Below, piece by piece: positions 49,472-60,574 of a stretch of DNA of 60,854 nt; the stretch's first letter is position 1; each line of letters opens with the position of its first letter. This DNA is from Eubacteriales bacterium (GTDB lineage: Bacteria; Bacillota; Clostridia; Oscillospirales; CAG-272): assembly GCA_045649045.1 (NCBI GenBank), contig JAZRPF010000007.1, forward strand, positions 1 to 60,854, given 5' to 3'. Position numbers and translations under genes: made by a program. Under the pieces are notes generated by a model. The model was given only the letters and a program-made list of their open reading frames with translations, searched no databases and was not told the origin of the DNA.

Positions 49472-49653
49472 GGTTTCCGTCCTTTTGCCGTCTTGAAGTG
49501 TGATGTTTTATGTTTTTCTTCAAAAAATCTATTACCTATTTATTATACCACTCTCTAACTGTGAAAACAAGTATATAAAACAACTTTTCTAACTTTCGTC
49601 AAACCATACAAAGAGAAGGGGGGGTTTTTGTAGAAAATTGCGGTTGCAAGGGA

Positions 49654-49690
49654 AGAAAAAGAGCCTTGTTCATTGAACAAGGCTCTTTTC
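49654..49690 (-). terminator. Intrinsic terminator
   Basis: aaaagagccttgttca/tgaacaaggctctttt. Confidence 0.75.
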
Positions 49691-49699
49691 TGTGCGGAG

Positions 49700-51760
49700 T
49701 TAGTCAATCGTGCGTACAATATAAGGAGCGTATTCTGCTTCCTCTTCTGCACGGCGAGCTTCCTCTTCTTTCATTTCGGCTTCTTTTTCTGCCTGCTTCT
49801 GTGCGCGTCTTTCTTCTTCGAGAAGGGCGCGGATAGAAAGACTAAGCTCTCTCTTTTCGTCATCGATTTTGGTAATCTTAACGGTTACGGTATCACCGAT
49901 ATTCAAAACATTGGCAGGATTGGCGATTTTGGTGAGTGCGATCTGAGAAATGTGAATCAAGCCGTCAACGCCTTCAAAAACCTCTGCAAATGCACCGAAG
50001 GGAAGAATGCTGACAATCTTTGCCTCAACAACATTACCAACCTCATACTGCTTGGTGAACTGACGCCACATATCGTTTTCTTCGGACTTGTAGCCGAGAG
50101 AAATGCGCTTTGCTTCAGCATCAAATTCCTTGACATACACATCAAGCTCCTGACCGACAGAAACAACAGCCGAGGGATGACGGATGGGACGCCAGGAAAG
50201 CTCATCCTTATGAACCATACCGTCAACGCCGCCGAGGTCGACAAATGCGCCGTAGGTGGTCATGTTCTTAACCTTACCGAGATAGTGCTTGCCAACCTCG
50301 ATTTCAGACCAGAAGGCAGCTTCCTTTTCCTTGCGCTCTTCATTCAGAATGACGCGGATAGAAGCCAATGCGCGCTTGCGGTTCTGATCCATCTCGATCA
50401 GGCGCACACGCTGGGTTGTACCAACGAGGGAAGTCAGATCGGCATTGCGGGGGAGACCGCTGTGTGAAGCGGGAATGAATGCGCGGACACCGTCGAGGGC
50501 AATCAAAAGACCGCCTTTGACAGCATCAACAATTTTGCCTTCGAGGATAGAACCGTCATTATAAAGCTGCATCAAGGTCAGCCAGTGGCGGTCAGCATCA
50601 ACTCTCTTCTTCGAAAGAGAAGCGACGCCTTTGTTATCATCGACATGAATGACAAATGCAGTGACTTCATCACCGATCTTGAACATTTCGGCAAGGCTTG
50701 CAGCAGGGTCATCTGTGATTTGATCACGAGGAATGATTCCTGTTACCTTTGCGCCGAGGTCAAGCTTAATCTCGTTTGCCGAGACAGCCATGACAGTGCC
50801 GGTAACCGTTTCTCCTGTATGTAAAGATTTGAATGATTCTTCCAACATTTGCGCGAAGTCTTGGGTTTCTTTGCTCATAGTTTTATATACCTCCATTATT
50901 ATCCTGTCGGGTGTGGAAGCACCCGCAGTGATACCAAGATTAACTGTGCCCGAAAAAACGGGCGAGGAAAGCTCCTCAGCTCTTTCAATCCAAACGGTGC
51001 GAGGGCAGGCAGTTTTGCATAGCTCAAACAGCTTATGAGTATTTGAGCTTTCCTTGCCGCCAATGACAATCATGCCGTCGCATTGCTTTGCAAGCAATGC
51101 GGCTTCTGTTTGGCGTTTTTCAGTCACACTACATATTGTACCAAAAAAAAGAGCATTTGTATATAGTTTTTCAAGAAATTTTCTGCATTTTTTCAATTCC
51201 GTCAAACTTTGTGTGGTTTGGGCTGCTAAAAGGACTTTTTTTTGTACAAAATTCATGGAAATACACAGTTTTTTGAGCTCTTCACATGAATTAAAAACAA
51301 ATCCGTCCCCATGAACATAGCTCATGATGCCCTGAACTTCGGGATGCTCGGGAGAACCGAGCAGAAGAAAGACGGTGGATTCTGATGTTTCTTCATCGGC
51401 AATGCGATGAATTCGTTTGACATAGGGGCAGGTCATATCCTTGACGGTGAAATCGGGGTATTGCTTTTCATACGCGCGAAGAATCTCCTCCTGCTCGCGC
51501 GGAATGCCGTGCGTGCGGATGACAAGCGTGTGCCGATAGCCATCCCTCTTCTCAAGGATTGTACGCATCTCGTCAAGTGTGACCGAGCGTACGCCCTGCT
51601 CGGCAAGTTCCTTTGTATAGACGGGATTGTGAATGAGAGTGCCGAGCGTATAAAGACGGTGGGTATTTTTATCCTCTTTTTGCAAAAGATCTTCGACAAA
51701 GTCGGTTGCACGCTTCACACCGGGGCAAAAGCCTGCGTTTTTCGCCAGCGTTATTTGCAT
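49700..51760 (-). CDS. ispH: Bifunctional HMBPP reductase / 30S ribosomal protein S1
   Basis: AGFCPGV, DMTCPYV, TICSVT, ITAGASTP, then four S1 repeats (YGAFVDLGGVDG). Confidence 0.95.
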   Translation of the reverse strand: MQITLAKNAGFCPGVKRATDFVEDLLQKEDKNTHRLYTLGTLIHNPVYTKELAEQGVRSVTLDEMRTILEKRDGYRHTLVIRTHGIPREQEEILRAYEKQYPDFTVKDMTCPYVKRIHRIADEETSESTVFLLLGSPEHPEVQGIMSYVHGDGFVFNSCEELKKLCISMNFVQKKVLLAAQTTQSLTELKKCRKFLEKLYTNALFFGTICSVTEKRQTEAALLAKQCDGMIVIGGKESSNTHKLFELCKTACPRTVWIERAEELSSPVFSGTVNLGITAGASTPDRIIMEVYKTMSKETQDFAQMLEESFKSLHTGETVTGTVMAVSANEIKLDLGAKVTGIIPRDQITDDPAASLAEMFKIGDEVTAFVIHVDDNKGVASLSKKRVDADRHWLTLMQLYNDGSILEGKIVDAVKGGLLIALDGVRAFIPASHSGLPRNADLTSLVGTTQRVRLIEMDQNRKRALASIRVILNEERKEKEAAFWSEIEVGKHYLGKVKNMTTYGAFVDLGGVDGMVHKDELSWRPIRHPSAVVSVGQELDVYVKEFDAEAKRISLGYKSEENDMWRQFTKQYEVGNVVEAKIVSILPFGAFAEVFEGVDGLIHISQIALTKIANPANVLNIGDTVTVKITKIDDEKRELSLSIRALLEEERRAQKQAEKEAEMKEEEARRAEEEAEYAPYIVRTID

Positions 51761-52446
51761 GAGGAGTCCTCTCCTTCTTCTGCGCTACTTGCATCGGGAG
51801 CGTTTTTTTCAAAGCCGCCAAGTGTGCAAAGCTCATTGAAGGTGTATTTGGTCGCCGCTGTAAAGCTTTCACTCGTCAGGTCGGTCAGACCGAGCGTGCT
51901 TGCATCAATCGGCTTGCCGAAAATAACCTCAATGCGACGAAACAGGCGGAATTTCATTTTTTTGCATCGGATGCAGACAGGGAGAAGCGGAACACCTGCA
52001 TGAAGGGCAATCATACCGGCCCCGCTTTTAATCGGGGTGTCGGCAGGATTCTTTCCTGCTCGGCGTGTGCCCTGCGGAAAAATCAGGACAGGCATGCCGT
52101 CCGATGCCATGGAAATGGCGTTTTTGATAGCCGATACATCACCGCGTCTATCAAGGGGATAAGCACCGAGCGCACGAATCAGAGAGCGGAGAAGCGGAAT
52201 GTGAAAAAGCTCTGCCTTCGCCAAAAATGTCAGCTGGCGGGGAAATGCGGCAGCGACGGCAACGGGGTCTGACATACTGATATGATTGGCACAGACCACC
52301 ATACCGCCTTCGGTCGGCACATTTTCACGGCCGATGATGCGGACACGCAAAAAAAAGCGCACAATGCCCGAAAGCATTTTGTGCAAGCGCATATAGCCGC
52401 TCGTTTTCTTTTTTACAGGTTTTTCTGCCAAATGTTTTTTACTCAT
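51751..52446 (-). CDS. plsC: 1-acyl-sn-glycerol-3-phosphate acyltransferase
   Basis: NHISMSD (HX4D), FPQGTR. Confidence 0.9.
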   Translation of the reverse strand: MSKKHLAEKPVKKKTSGYMRLHKMLSGIVRFFLRVRIIGRENVPTEGGMVVCANHISMSDPVAVAAAFPRQLTFLAKAELFHIPLLRSLIRALGAYPLDRRGDVSAIKNAISMASDGMPVLIFPQGTRRAGKNPADTPIKSGAGMIALHAGVPLLPVCIRCKKMKFRLFRRIEVIFGKPIDASTLGLTDLTSESFTAATKYTFNELCTLGGFEKNAPDASSAEEGEDSSCK

Positions 52447-53122
52447 TTTTATCCTTTTCATTGATGGTATTTGAAATAATGCGGAGAACCTCATCAACGG
52501 TTTCTTCAGCAGTCATATTGGAATTATCAAGGAAAATGGCATCCTCTGCGGGTACGGCGGGTGCAACGGCACGGTTCTTGTCGTTATTATCGCGAATTGC
52601 CATATCACGCAAAATGTCCTCATAGTTTGCCTCGATCCCCTTGGCGACAAGCTCTGCCACACGCCGTCTGGCGCGCGCTTCATTTGAGGCGGTCAAAAAG
52701 ATTTTGACGGTGGCATTGGGCAAAATCACAGTACCGATATCTCTGCCGTCCATGATGACATCGTGCTTTTTCGCCATGTCGCGCTGGGTGTCCAGAAGAA
52801 AGGCACGGACTGCAGGAATTGCCGAGACCTTTGAGGCATACATGGCAATTTCAGGCGTACGGATTGTATCGCCGACATCCTTACCCGAGAGATAGATGTG
52901 CTGTTCACCGTCTTCATAGGTCATAGAAAGTGAAAGGGAAGGGAGCGCAGCCTGAACAGCATTGCTGTCAGAGGGGTCAATTCCGCTTTGCTTCATAAAA
53001 AGACCTACTGTGCGATAGAGCGCACCTGTATCAACATAAATAATTTGCAGTTTTTTTGCGACGGCGCGGGCAAGACTGCTTTTTCCCGAGCCGCTTGGTC
53101 CGTCAATGGCAATTGTGAGCAT
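52439..53122 (-). CDS. cmk: Cytidylate kinase
   Basis: IAIDGPSGSGKS, DTGALYR, DGRDIGTV. Confidence 0.97.
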   Translation of the reverse strand: MLTIAIDGPSGSGKSSLARAVAKKLQIIYVDTGALYRTVGLFMKQSGIDPSDSNAVQAALPSLSLSMTYEDGEQHIYLSGKDVGDTIRTPEIAMYASKVSAIPAVRAFLLDTQRDMAKKHDVIMDGRDIGTVILPNATVKIFLTASNEARARRRVAELVAKGIEANYEDILRDMAIRDNNDKNRAVAPAVPAEDAIFLDNSNMTAEETVDEVLRIISNTINEKDKNE

Positions 53123-53144
53123 ATGATACCATCCTTTTTGAAAA

Positions 53145-54410
53145 TCATTGATTTTGGATCTTCTCCTTGATTGCCTCTGTGGCGACGAATGCCGTAGAAA
53201 AAGCAATTTGGAGATTATAGCCGCCTGTATAGGCATCGACATCGAGCATCTCGCCTGCAAAATAAACACCCTCTGTTTCGCGGGACATCATGGTTTTGGG
53301 ATCAACCCGCCGCACATCGACGCCGCCTGATGTGACAATGGCTTCTTCAATCGGGCGCGTGTGCGAAAGAGGAATGCGAAAGCCTTTCAGAATCTTTAAG
53401 AGCGAGAGGCGTTCTGCGCGTGTCAGGCTGTTGACCTTCTTATGCGGATCAATGCCACTCATGCGAATGACAACGGGAATGACACGGGCAGGAAGGAGCG
53501 CATTCAGCGCATTGGCAAAATCGCGGTTCGCGTATTCTGCAAAGTCGGACAGGAGACGCGCATCCAAGTCCTTTTCGTCAAGTGCAGGCTTCCAGTCAAT
53601 GACGGCATCCAATTTGGAGATATCGGTATCCCGAAGATGCGCCGAGGCACTGATGACAACGGGACCGCTGATGCCAAAATGCGTGAAGAGCATTTCACCG
53701 AAGTCGCGGTAAAGCACGCGGCCACTTTCACGCTCACAGATGGTGAAGGCGATGTTTTTGGGCGCGACGCCCTGAAGTTCGCCACAGAAGGATGCCGAGC
53801 TTTCAAGCGGTACAAGGGAGGGCTTGATATCGGTAATTTTATGTCCCGCCTCCTGTGCAAGCAGATAGCCCGAGCCATCAGAGCCTGTCAGGGGGTACGA
53901 GCGGCCGCCCGTTGCGAGCAGGACTGTATCGAATCGGTATTCTGCCTCCTTCGTGCGTATGCCACGCACGCGACCGTCCTCGGTCAGAAGATGCATCACC
54001 TTTTCGTGAATGATTTTGGCGTTTCTTGTTGCGCTTCGAAGCGCGTTGACGATATCGCGGGATTTATCAGAGGCGGGAAAGACGCGTCTGCCGCGTTCAA
54101 CCTTCAATTGAACGCCGAGCGTTTCAAAGAAACGCATCACAGAGGATGGCGGACAGCGATGAATGGCACTCATTAAAAAGCGCGGATTGCGTGTCACCTC
54201 TTGTAAGAATTCTTCGGGGGTGCAGTCGTTTGTCAGATTGCACCGTCCTTTTCCCGTAATCAACAGCTTTTTGCCCGTTTCGCTTTTGTGTTCAAAAAGC
54301 GTGACATCAATCCCCGCTTGCAGAAGAAGCGCGGTTGCATAAAGACCTGCGGCACCGCCGCCAACAACTGCAACGCGCGATTTTTCGTAATCAGCGTTTG
54401 GTGTAGACAT
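53145..54410 (-). CDS. HI0933/BaiN-like flavoprotein
   Basis: GGGAAGL, GKKLLITGKGRCNLTN, LFTHFGISGP, TGGYNLQIA. Confidence 0.93.
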   Translation of the reverse strand: MSTPNADYEKSRVAVVGGGAAGLYATALLLQAGIDVTLFEHKSETGKKLLITGKGRCNLTNDCTPEEFLQEVTRNPRFLMSAIHRCPPSSVMRFFETLGVQLKVERGRRVFPASDKSRDIVNALRSATRNAKIIHEKVMHLLTEDGRVRGIRTKEAEYRFDTVLLATGGRSYPLTGSDGSGYLLAQEAGHKITDIKPSLVPLESSASFCGELQGVAPKNIAFTICERESGRVLYRDFGEMLFTHFGISGPVVISASAHLRDTDISKLDAVIDWKPALDEKDLDARLLSDFAEYANRDFANALNALLPARVIPVVIRMSGIDPHKKVNSLTRAERLSLLKILKGFRIPLSHTRPIEEAIVTSGGVDVRRVDPKTMMSRETEGVYFAGEMLDVDAYTGGYNLQIAFSTAFVATEAIKEKIQNQ

Positions 54411-55248
54411 CATATTCATCCCAGACGCGTTCCAATCTGTCGAAGCGTTCCTTGACCTTTTGCTCCATCTGACGAGTGACATCCACGAGCATGGCGTTGA
54501 TGACGCTGAGCGGAGCCGCCAGAGAGTCGACAAAGGATGCCATGTCGCTTTGTGCGGTCAGGATGTGTGTCGCGTGATTGGAGATGGGGGCAGAGCGGCT
54601 GTCGGTCAGCGCAATGACCTCGGTCCCCTGTGCGCGTGCGTATTTGACGGCATTGATGACTTTGGTGGAATAACGGGGGAAGCTGATGGCAATCATGACA
54701 TCACTTGCATCAATGTCGAGTATCTGTTCAAAAACCTCACTGCTGCTGGTCGGCGTTACAAGCTTCACATTGTCGAGAATCATGCTCAGATTAAAATGCA
54801 GGAAGGACGCGAGGGCAGAGGATGAGCGCACGCCGATAATATAGATATGCTTGGCATTCAGAATCGCGGAAACCGAGGCGGCAAAAGCCTCACGGTCAAG
54901 ATTTTCAAGAGTATATTTGATTTTGGCGATATCGGCGTTCATGACTTTATCGAGCGCATCCTTATCGCCGATTCGAAGATTCGTGACCTCAATGCGCTGG
55001 TTGGGTGTCAGACTTGCTCTGACAAGCTCTTGTACTGCGCGCTGAAAATCAGGATAGCCGTCAAAGCCAAGCTCAATGGCGAATCTGACAACCGTCGATT
55101 CCGAAACGCCGACAAGCTGACCGAGCTTGGCAGCGGTCATATATGCTGCTTTGTCGCAAGAATTGATGACGGTAGCGGCAATTCTGCGCTGTGATTTTGA
55201 AAGTCTGGGGTAGATTTCGCTGATACGCGAAGAAATATCCTGTACCAT
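54391..55248 (-). CDS. MurR/RpiR family regulator
   Basis: VSESTVVRFA..LGFDGY HTH plus SIS domain ISFPRYS. Confidence 0.93.
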   Translation of the reverse strand: MVQDISSRISEIYPRLSKSQRRIAATVINSCDKAAYMTAAKLGQLVGVSESTVVRFAIELGFDGYPDFQRAVQELVRASLTPNQRIEVTNLRIGDKDALDKVMNADIAKIKYTLENLDREAFAASVSAILNAKHIYIIGVRSSSALASFLHFNLSMILDNVKLVTPTSSSEVFEQILDIDASDVMIAISFPRYSTKVINAVKYARAQGTEVIALTDSRSAPISNHATHILTAQSDMASFVDSLAAPLSVINAMLVDVTRQMEQKVKERFDRLERVWDEYDVYTKR

Positions 55249-55519
55249 GAAAAAACCTGATTTTCGCCGAAGCGAAAGCCCTTTCCGAGAAATAATCCCG
55301 TATGATAAGCAACTCTTTGCTAATAAAAGCACAGAAACAGTATAACACATTTTTTTGTTTTTTGCAAGATAAAAAAGAAGATTCTTACCAAGAAAAATAT
55401 ACATGATTATTTGTTACATATCAATCATAAAAGAGGTGTTGACTTTTCTTTCAAAACATGGTACACTAAAAAACATGAAAGATTCTTAAAGCTTAAGCTT
55501 GATAAGGAGATAGTTGACG

Positions 55520-56065
55520 ATGACTCTACAAATTGAAAAGCAGGCGCGCTTTGCGGCGGAGGAGCTTTGCCGCGTCGCGTCGCTTCGCCGAGGCTCGATC
55601 GTTGTGATTGGCTGTTCTTCAAGTGAGGTTGCGGGTAAGCGTGTGGGAAGTGCATCCTCGCCCGAACTTGCAGATGCCATCTATCGCGGTCTTGCTTCTG
55701 TTTTTGATGAAAAGGGAATTTATATTGCCGCACAGTGCTGTGAGCATTTGAACCGTGCGATTGTCATTGAGGCAGAGGCAGCGGGTAATCTTGAGCGCGT
55801 GAACGCGGTACCGCAGCCCAAGGCAGGTGGCTCCTTTGCTTCCTGTGCTTACCGATCCATGCGTCAGCCTGTTGTGGTTGAGGAAATCCGTGCCGACGCA
55901 GGACTTGATATTGGCGGCACACTCATTGGAATGCACCTTCGCCGTGTGGCTGTTCCCGTGCGATTGTCTGTCACTCATATCGGCGAGGCAATTTTGCTTG
56001 CGGCAAGAACACGCCCCAAATACATCGGTGGCTCGCGTGCCGTTTATGATGAATCAATCGGTTGA
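55520..56065 (+). CDS. TIGR01440/DUF436 (YwlG-like) protein
   Basis: GCSSSEV, QCCEHLNRA, DIGGTLIGMHL, RPKYIGG. Confidence 0.9.
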   Translation: MTLQIEKQARFAAEELCRVASLRRGSIVVIGCSSSEVAGKRVGSASSPELADAIYRGLASVFDEKGIYIAAQCCEHLNRAIVIEAEAAGNLERVNAVPQPKAGGSFASCAYRSMRQPVVVEEIRADAGLDIGGTLIGMHLRRVAVPVRLSVTHIGEAILLAARTRPKYIGGSRAVYDESIG

Positions 56066-56085
56066 TTTTTGAGAGAGGAATCACT

Positions 56086-57042
56086 ATGAAGATAACCATT
56101 CTTGATGCGGCGACTCTTGGCGCGGATCTTGATCTTTCGCCTCTCTACACGCTTGGCATAGTCGAGATTTACAAGACAACCTCTGTCGAGGATGTTGTTC
56201 TGCGTTTGCAAAATTCATCAGTTGCTATTCTGAACAAGGTTAAAATGACAGAACCGATTTTGCGAGCATTGCCGAAGCTCAAGCTCATTTGCATCGCGGC
56301 AACGGGCTACGACAATGTTGATGTTGCGGCTTGTCGCAAGCTCGGTATTGCTGTTTGCAATGTGGAGGGTTATTCCTCGCCGAGTGTTGCGCAGCTTACG
56401 CTTTCGATGGCTCTGTCTCTTTATACACATCTGCCCGAATATCACGCACATGTGGAATCGGGTGCTTATACGCGTGGCAATGTTCAAAACTGCCTTGTGC
56501 CTGTCTATCATGAGCTTGCAGGCAAGACATGGGGTATTGTTGGGTTCGGAAACATCGGAATGCAGGTCGGGACTGTTGCACGCGCCATGGGATGCCGCGT
56601 GCTTGTCTGCAAGCGGACTGCAATTGACTGCTGGGACAATGTATCGCTTGATGAGCTTCTGTCGCAGTCGGATATTATTTCGATTCATGTGCCTCTGAAT
56701 GATGGGACGCGCGGGATGATTGACGCGCGTGCGCTTTCTTTGATGAAGTCGGGGGCAATGCTCATTAATGTGGCGCGCGGTGCCGTGCTTGATGAGCAGG
56801 CGGTGGTCGATTCCTTGCTGTCAGGAAGGCTGGGCTTTTTCGGATGTGATGTTTATTCGACCGAGCCGTTCCCCGAAGGGCATCCTTATGCACGCTTGAA
56901 GGGCATGACGAATGTCTGTCTGACACCGCACATGGCGTGGGGCTCGTATGAATCCCGTGTGCGTTGCCTGTCGGAAATCGTTTTGAACATTCGGGCGTTT
57001 TGTGCAGGAGAGCTGCGCAATCGCGTGGATTTGAAATTCTGA
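56086..57042 (+). CDS. D-2-hydroxyacid (glycerate-type) dehydrogenase
   Basis: ATGYDNVD, GFGNIG, INVARG, TPHMAW. Confidence 0.92.
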   Translation: MKITILDAATLGADLDLSPLYTLGIVEIYKTTSVEDVVLRLQNSSVAILNKVKMTEPILRALPKLKLICIAATGYDNVDVAACRKLGIAVCNVEGYSSPSVAQLTLSMALSLYTHLPEYHAHVESGAYTRGNVQNCLVPVYHELAGKTWGIVGFGNIGMQVGTVARAMGCRVLVCKRTAIDCWDNVSLDELLSQSDIISIHVPLNDGTRGMIDARALSLMKSGAMLINVARGAVLDEQAVVDSLLSGRLGFFGCDVYSTEPFPEGHPYARLKGMTNVCLTPHMAWGSYESRVRCLSEIVLNIRAFCAGELRNRVDLKF

Positions 57043-57061
57043 AATCGTTTGAGGGTGCAAA

Positions 57062-57412
57062 ATGGAACAAGGCGTAATCGTTGAAAATCTGTATTTGGGT
57101 GAGGAAATTACCGAAGCCACACAGGCTGTGAAGCAGACGGTTTTTTTTCTTGCATCGGCGCGGGTGCGGGGCGTGCAGCTTGTGCGCGTCGTTTATGAGC
57201 GCAAAAACGAAACAGAACTTCAGGGAAAAATATACCGAGCTCTTCGCCGCATCCTGAATGCCATGAAAAAAAGAGGAGATATTACCTTTTATCTGCGTGG
57301 GAATGAGCTGCAAGGTGAAAGCACAGAGGCACAGTATCTGCTTGAAAAGTGCGCGTCACTTGCAAATGAATATGCTGATATCGGGAATTTTGCGCTTTAT
57401 ATCTATTTGTGA
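57062..57412 (+). CDS. Hypothetical protein, degenerate Smr-like domain
   Basis: …ARVRGVQLVRVVY…; lacks the HG motif. Confidence 0.55.
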   Translation: MEQGVIVENLYLGEEITEATQAVKQTVFFLASARVRGVQLVRVVYERKNETELQGKIYRALRRILNAMKKRGDITFYLRGNELQGESTEAQYLLEKCASLANEYADIGNFALYIYL

Positions 57413-57510
57413 AGGCGTCGTGATGTTTTTTTGCATATAGATTCAATAAATATCTTTACAAACTTTATAAAATATGCTACAATATATATAATAATATAAA
57501 AAGGCTTGGT

Positions 57511-58029
57511 ATGGATATGAAAAACGGGTGCGCTATCAATCAAACGATGTGCTTGCTTCTTTTGATAGCCATTATCCTCACACTTGCCTTTATTTTTGGC
57601 AATTCAATTGTATCCATGGAAGAATCCGAACAAATCAGCAACCACTTCAATGAATCCATAGGCAATGTGATTACAGCGCTGACAGGCAAGGAAGAAACTG
57701 CTCTTGAGAATTTTTTGATACAGTATTCAAGAAAAATCGCACATTTTGTTGAATTTGCATGCTTGGGTATTGAGGTTATTTTACTTCTCCACTTTGCTTT
57801 TCGGCGTAATTTACCTTACCTGCTGCTTGGCGCGACTCTTTCCTTTACTGTCGCCTCCTTTGACGAGGGCATTCAAGTTCTGACAGGCCGAGGCGACCAG
57901 GTGGGCGACATTTTTATTGATGTGTCGGGATATATGAGCGCTTATCTTTTGGGGATGACTGTATTGTACCTGTGCGCATGGCGGCATACCCGCAAAACAT
58001 TATCGGCAATTCCTGCGCCGAAAAAATAG
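57511..58029 (+). CDS. VanZ family membrane protein
   Basis: IFGNS, RKIAHFVEFACLG, DEGIQ..GR…DIFID. Confidence 0.9.
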   Translation: MDMKNGCAINQTMCLLLLIAIILTLAFIFGNSIVSMEESEQISNHFNESIGNVITALTGKEETALENFLIQYSRKIAHFVEFACLGIEVILLLHFAFRRNLPYLLLGATLSFTVASFDEGIQVLTGRGDQVGDIFIDVSGYMSAYLLGMTVLYLCAWRHTRKTLSAIPAPKK

Positions 58030-58064
58030 TTCTTGCGCGCGGGTTGAACTTGGGTTAGAATATA

Positions 58065-59192
58065 ATGAATCGGGAGAACAAGATGGTCAGGCTTCGCGAG
58101 CAATATCGGCGTATTCGGTTGAAGGTTCCTTTCTTTGCTCTGCTTGTTTTTGTATTGACTGCCGTTTCACTGATACTGCACATTCTTTTTTATGTCAGTA
58201 CAGCTTTTGCTGATGGCTTTAATCAAACGGTTTCTGCTTTGCTTCGTGAGATGCTTTCGTGTGTCAGCCGTGTTTTTCCGTTTTCTCTTGCTGAGCTTTC
58301 GATTTTGCTTTTGATTCCGCTGCTCATTTGCGCCTTGATTTACGCCTATCGCATGCAGGACAGCGTGCGTCTGACGCGCTTTACCTGCCTTATCCTTTCT
58401 TTCTTTTTTCTCATTTATTGCCTGTTTGTGTTGACCTTTGCTTCCGGATATCGCGGTAAAACGCTTGATGAGAAGATGGGACTTGATAGACAAGAGGTCA
58501 CCGAGAAGGAATTGTTTGAGACGGGGCTTTGGCTTGTTTCGGAGCTTGAACAGTTAGAGGGACAGGTGATGTATGATGCGGAGGGCGCATCCGTCATGCC
58601 GATTGGCTTTGATGAAATGACGCGGGAATTACGCCTTTCATATCATGATTTGCGCCGTGATTACGCTTTCATTCCGTATTCGTCAGGAAGGGCAAAGCCT
58701 GTTGCAATGAGCCGCATGATGTCTCATACACAAATACTCGGTGTTTATACCTTTTTTACGGGTGAGGCAAATGTCAATACGAACTTTAATGATTTCTGCA
58801 CTGTCTTTACAGCGGCACATGAGATGGCACATCAGCGAGGCTTTGCCAAGGAGGATGAAGCCAACATGATGGCATTTCTTGCTTGTAGAAATTCGCGCAT
58901 TCCCTATATTCAGTATGCAGGCAATTTTGAGATGCTGCGTTATGTGCTGTCTGCACTTGCATCTGCAAATTCGCCTTATTATACTGAGCTTTGGTTCAGA
59001 ACGCCCGAAAGCGCGCGCGGTGACCAAGCGGTGTATGCGGCAAGGTTTGCCCCGTATCGCGATTCGGTTGTCGGGAACATCAGCGGTGCGGTCAATGATA
59101 CTTTTTTGAAATTACAGGGAACAGTCGGTCGAAAGAGCTACGGGCTTGTCGTTGATTTGGCTGTGGCGTTGTATCGCGCACAGGGGCATTGA
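58065..59192 (+). CDS. DUF3810 family membrane-anchored zincin-like protein
   Basis: GVYTFFTGEANVN, HEMAHQRGFAKEDEAN. Confidence 0.88.
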   Translation: MNRENKMVRLREQYRRIRLKVPFFALLVFVLTAVSLILHILFYVSTAFADGFNQTVSALLREMLSCVSRVFPFSLAELSILLLIPLLICALIYAYRMQDSVRLTRFTCLILSFFFLIYCLFVLTFASGYRGKTLDEKMGLDRQEVTEKELFETGLWLVSELEQLEGQVMYDAEGASVMPIGFDEMTRELRLSYHDLRRDYAFIPYSSGRAKPVAMSRMMSHTQILGVYTFFTGEANVNTNFNDFCTVFTAAHEMAHQRGFAKEDEANMMAFLACRNSRIPYIQYAGNFEMLRYVLSALASANSPYYTELWFRTPESARGDQAVYAARFAPYRDSVVGNISGAVNDTFLKLQGTVGRKSYGLVVDLAVALYRAQGH

Positions 59193-59320
59193 TTCATTTT
59201 CACAAAAAAAGGTCAAATGCGTATAATGAATAATAGGGTAAAACCATCGAGCAATTGATTTTGGCTTTGATAATCAGTAAAGATAAAATTTGCGATTTTA
59301 TGAAGGAAAGAGCAGGCACT

Positions 59321-60574
59321 ATGGAGCAGATTGTGATTAACGGAGGAAAGCCCTTGCGAGGCACGGTAGAGGTCAGCGGTTTTAAGAATGCGGCTCTTCC
59401 GATTATGTTTGCAACGGTTTTGACAAATGATGTATGCATCATTGGCAATCTTCCTGCTATCAGCGATGTTATCTTAACACTTGAGATTTTACGCTCAATG
59501 GGTGTTGAAATAGAACAAATTGATGATACAACCTATCGCATTGACTCGCGTCATGCGACTTATGGCTGTGCACCGGATAATCTGGTACAAAAAATGCGTG
59601 GTTCTGTGTATATTCTTGGAGCAGAGCTTGGGCGCTTTGCACACGCCTCGGCAGGAACCTGTGGTGGCTGCGACTTCGGCCGGAGACCGATTGACCAGCA
59701 TGTGAAGGCGTTTCGTGCATTGGGCGCAACGGTCGAGGAGCGCGATGATGGCAGAGTCACGGCTGATGCCGAGGGGTTGACGGGCGCGGTCATTTACTTT
59801 GATATGGTGTCGGTTGGTGCGACGGTCAATGCCATTTTGGCATCGGTGATGGCGGAGGGAATGACTATTCTTGAAAATGCTGCACACGAGCCGCATATCG
59901 TTGACCTTGCAAACTTTTTGAATGCCTGCGGTGCATCAATCAGCGGTGCAGGTACCGATGTCATTAAAATTCGCGGAGTGCCGTCTCTGCATGGCTGTAC
60001 ATACGATATCATTCCGGATATGATTGAAGCGGGGACATATATGGTTGCCGCAGCGGTCACGGGCGGTAAAATTGAAATTACCAATGTTATCCCCAAGCAC
60101 CTTGAATCCATTTCGGCAAAGTTGAGGGAAATCGGTGCAGAGGTAGAGGAGGGCGACGAGTCTGTCACGGTCACAGCAGGCGGACACATGATAGGCGTTC
60201 ATGTTAAAACTATGCCGTATCCGGGATTTCCGACCGATATGCATCCGCAGATGAGCGTTTTGCTTTGCTTGGTGGAGGGTGTCAGCTATGTAAACGAGAC
60301 TATTTTTGAACATCGCTTCAAATATGTTGAGCAGCTTCGCAAGATGGGTGCAAGTATTACGCTTGATGAGCACATGGCAACCATTCAGGGTGGTAATTGT
60401 CTTTTGCCTGCCGCCGTGAACGCGGTAGATTTGCGTGCCGGCGCGGCAATGATTCTGGCGGGACTTGCCGCGCGCGGAAAGACAACTGTGAGTGATATTG
60501 TTTATGTTGAGCGCGGTTATGATAATATTGTAGGAAAACTGCAAGCACTTGGCGCCGATATCCGAAAAATATAA
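59321..60574 (+). CDS. murA: UDP-N-acetylglucosamine 1-carboxyvinyltransferase
   Basis: KNAALP, GGCDFGRRPIDQH, SVGAT, PGFPTD, DLRAGAA. Confidence 0.96.
   Translation: MEQIVINGGKPLRGTVEVSGFKNAALPIMFATVLTNDVCIIGNLPAISDVILTLEILRSMGVEIEQIDDTTYRIDSRHATYGCAPDNLVQKMRGSVYILGAELGRFAHASAGTCGGCDFGRRPIDQHVKAFRALGATVEERDDGRVTADAEGLTGAVIYFDMVSVGATVNAILASVMAEGMTILENAAHEPHIVDLANFLNACGASISGAGTDVIKIRGVPSLHGCTYDIIPDMIEAGTYMVAAAVTGGKIEITNVIPKHLESISAKLREIGAEVEEGDESVTVTAGGHMIGVHVKTMPYPGFPTDMHPQMSVLLCLVEGVSYVNETIFEHRFKYVEQLRKMGASITLDEHMATIQGGNCLLPAAVNAVDLRAGAAMILAGLAARGKTTVSDIVYVERGYDNIVGKLQALGADIRKI

Noticed and set aside
49700-51760. IspH-S1 fusion as a novelty
   Set aside because: Well known in Clostridia.
59640-59705. 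MurA active-site loop variant (TCGGC instead of LPGGC) as fosfomycin resistance
   Set aside because: The catalytic Cys is retained; no Cys-to-Asp change.
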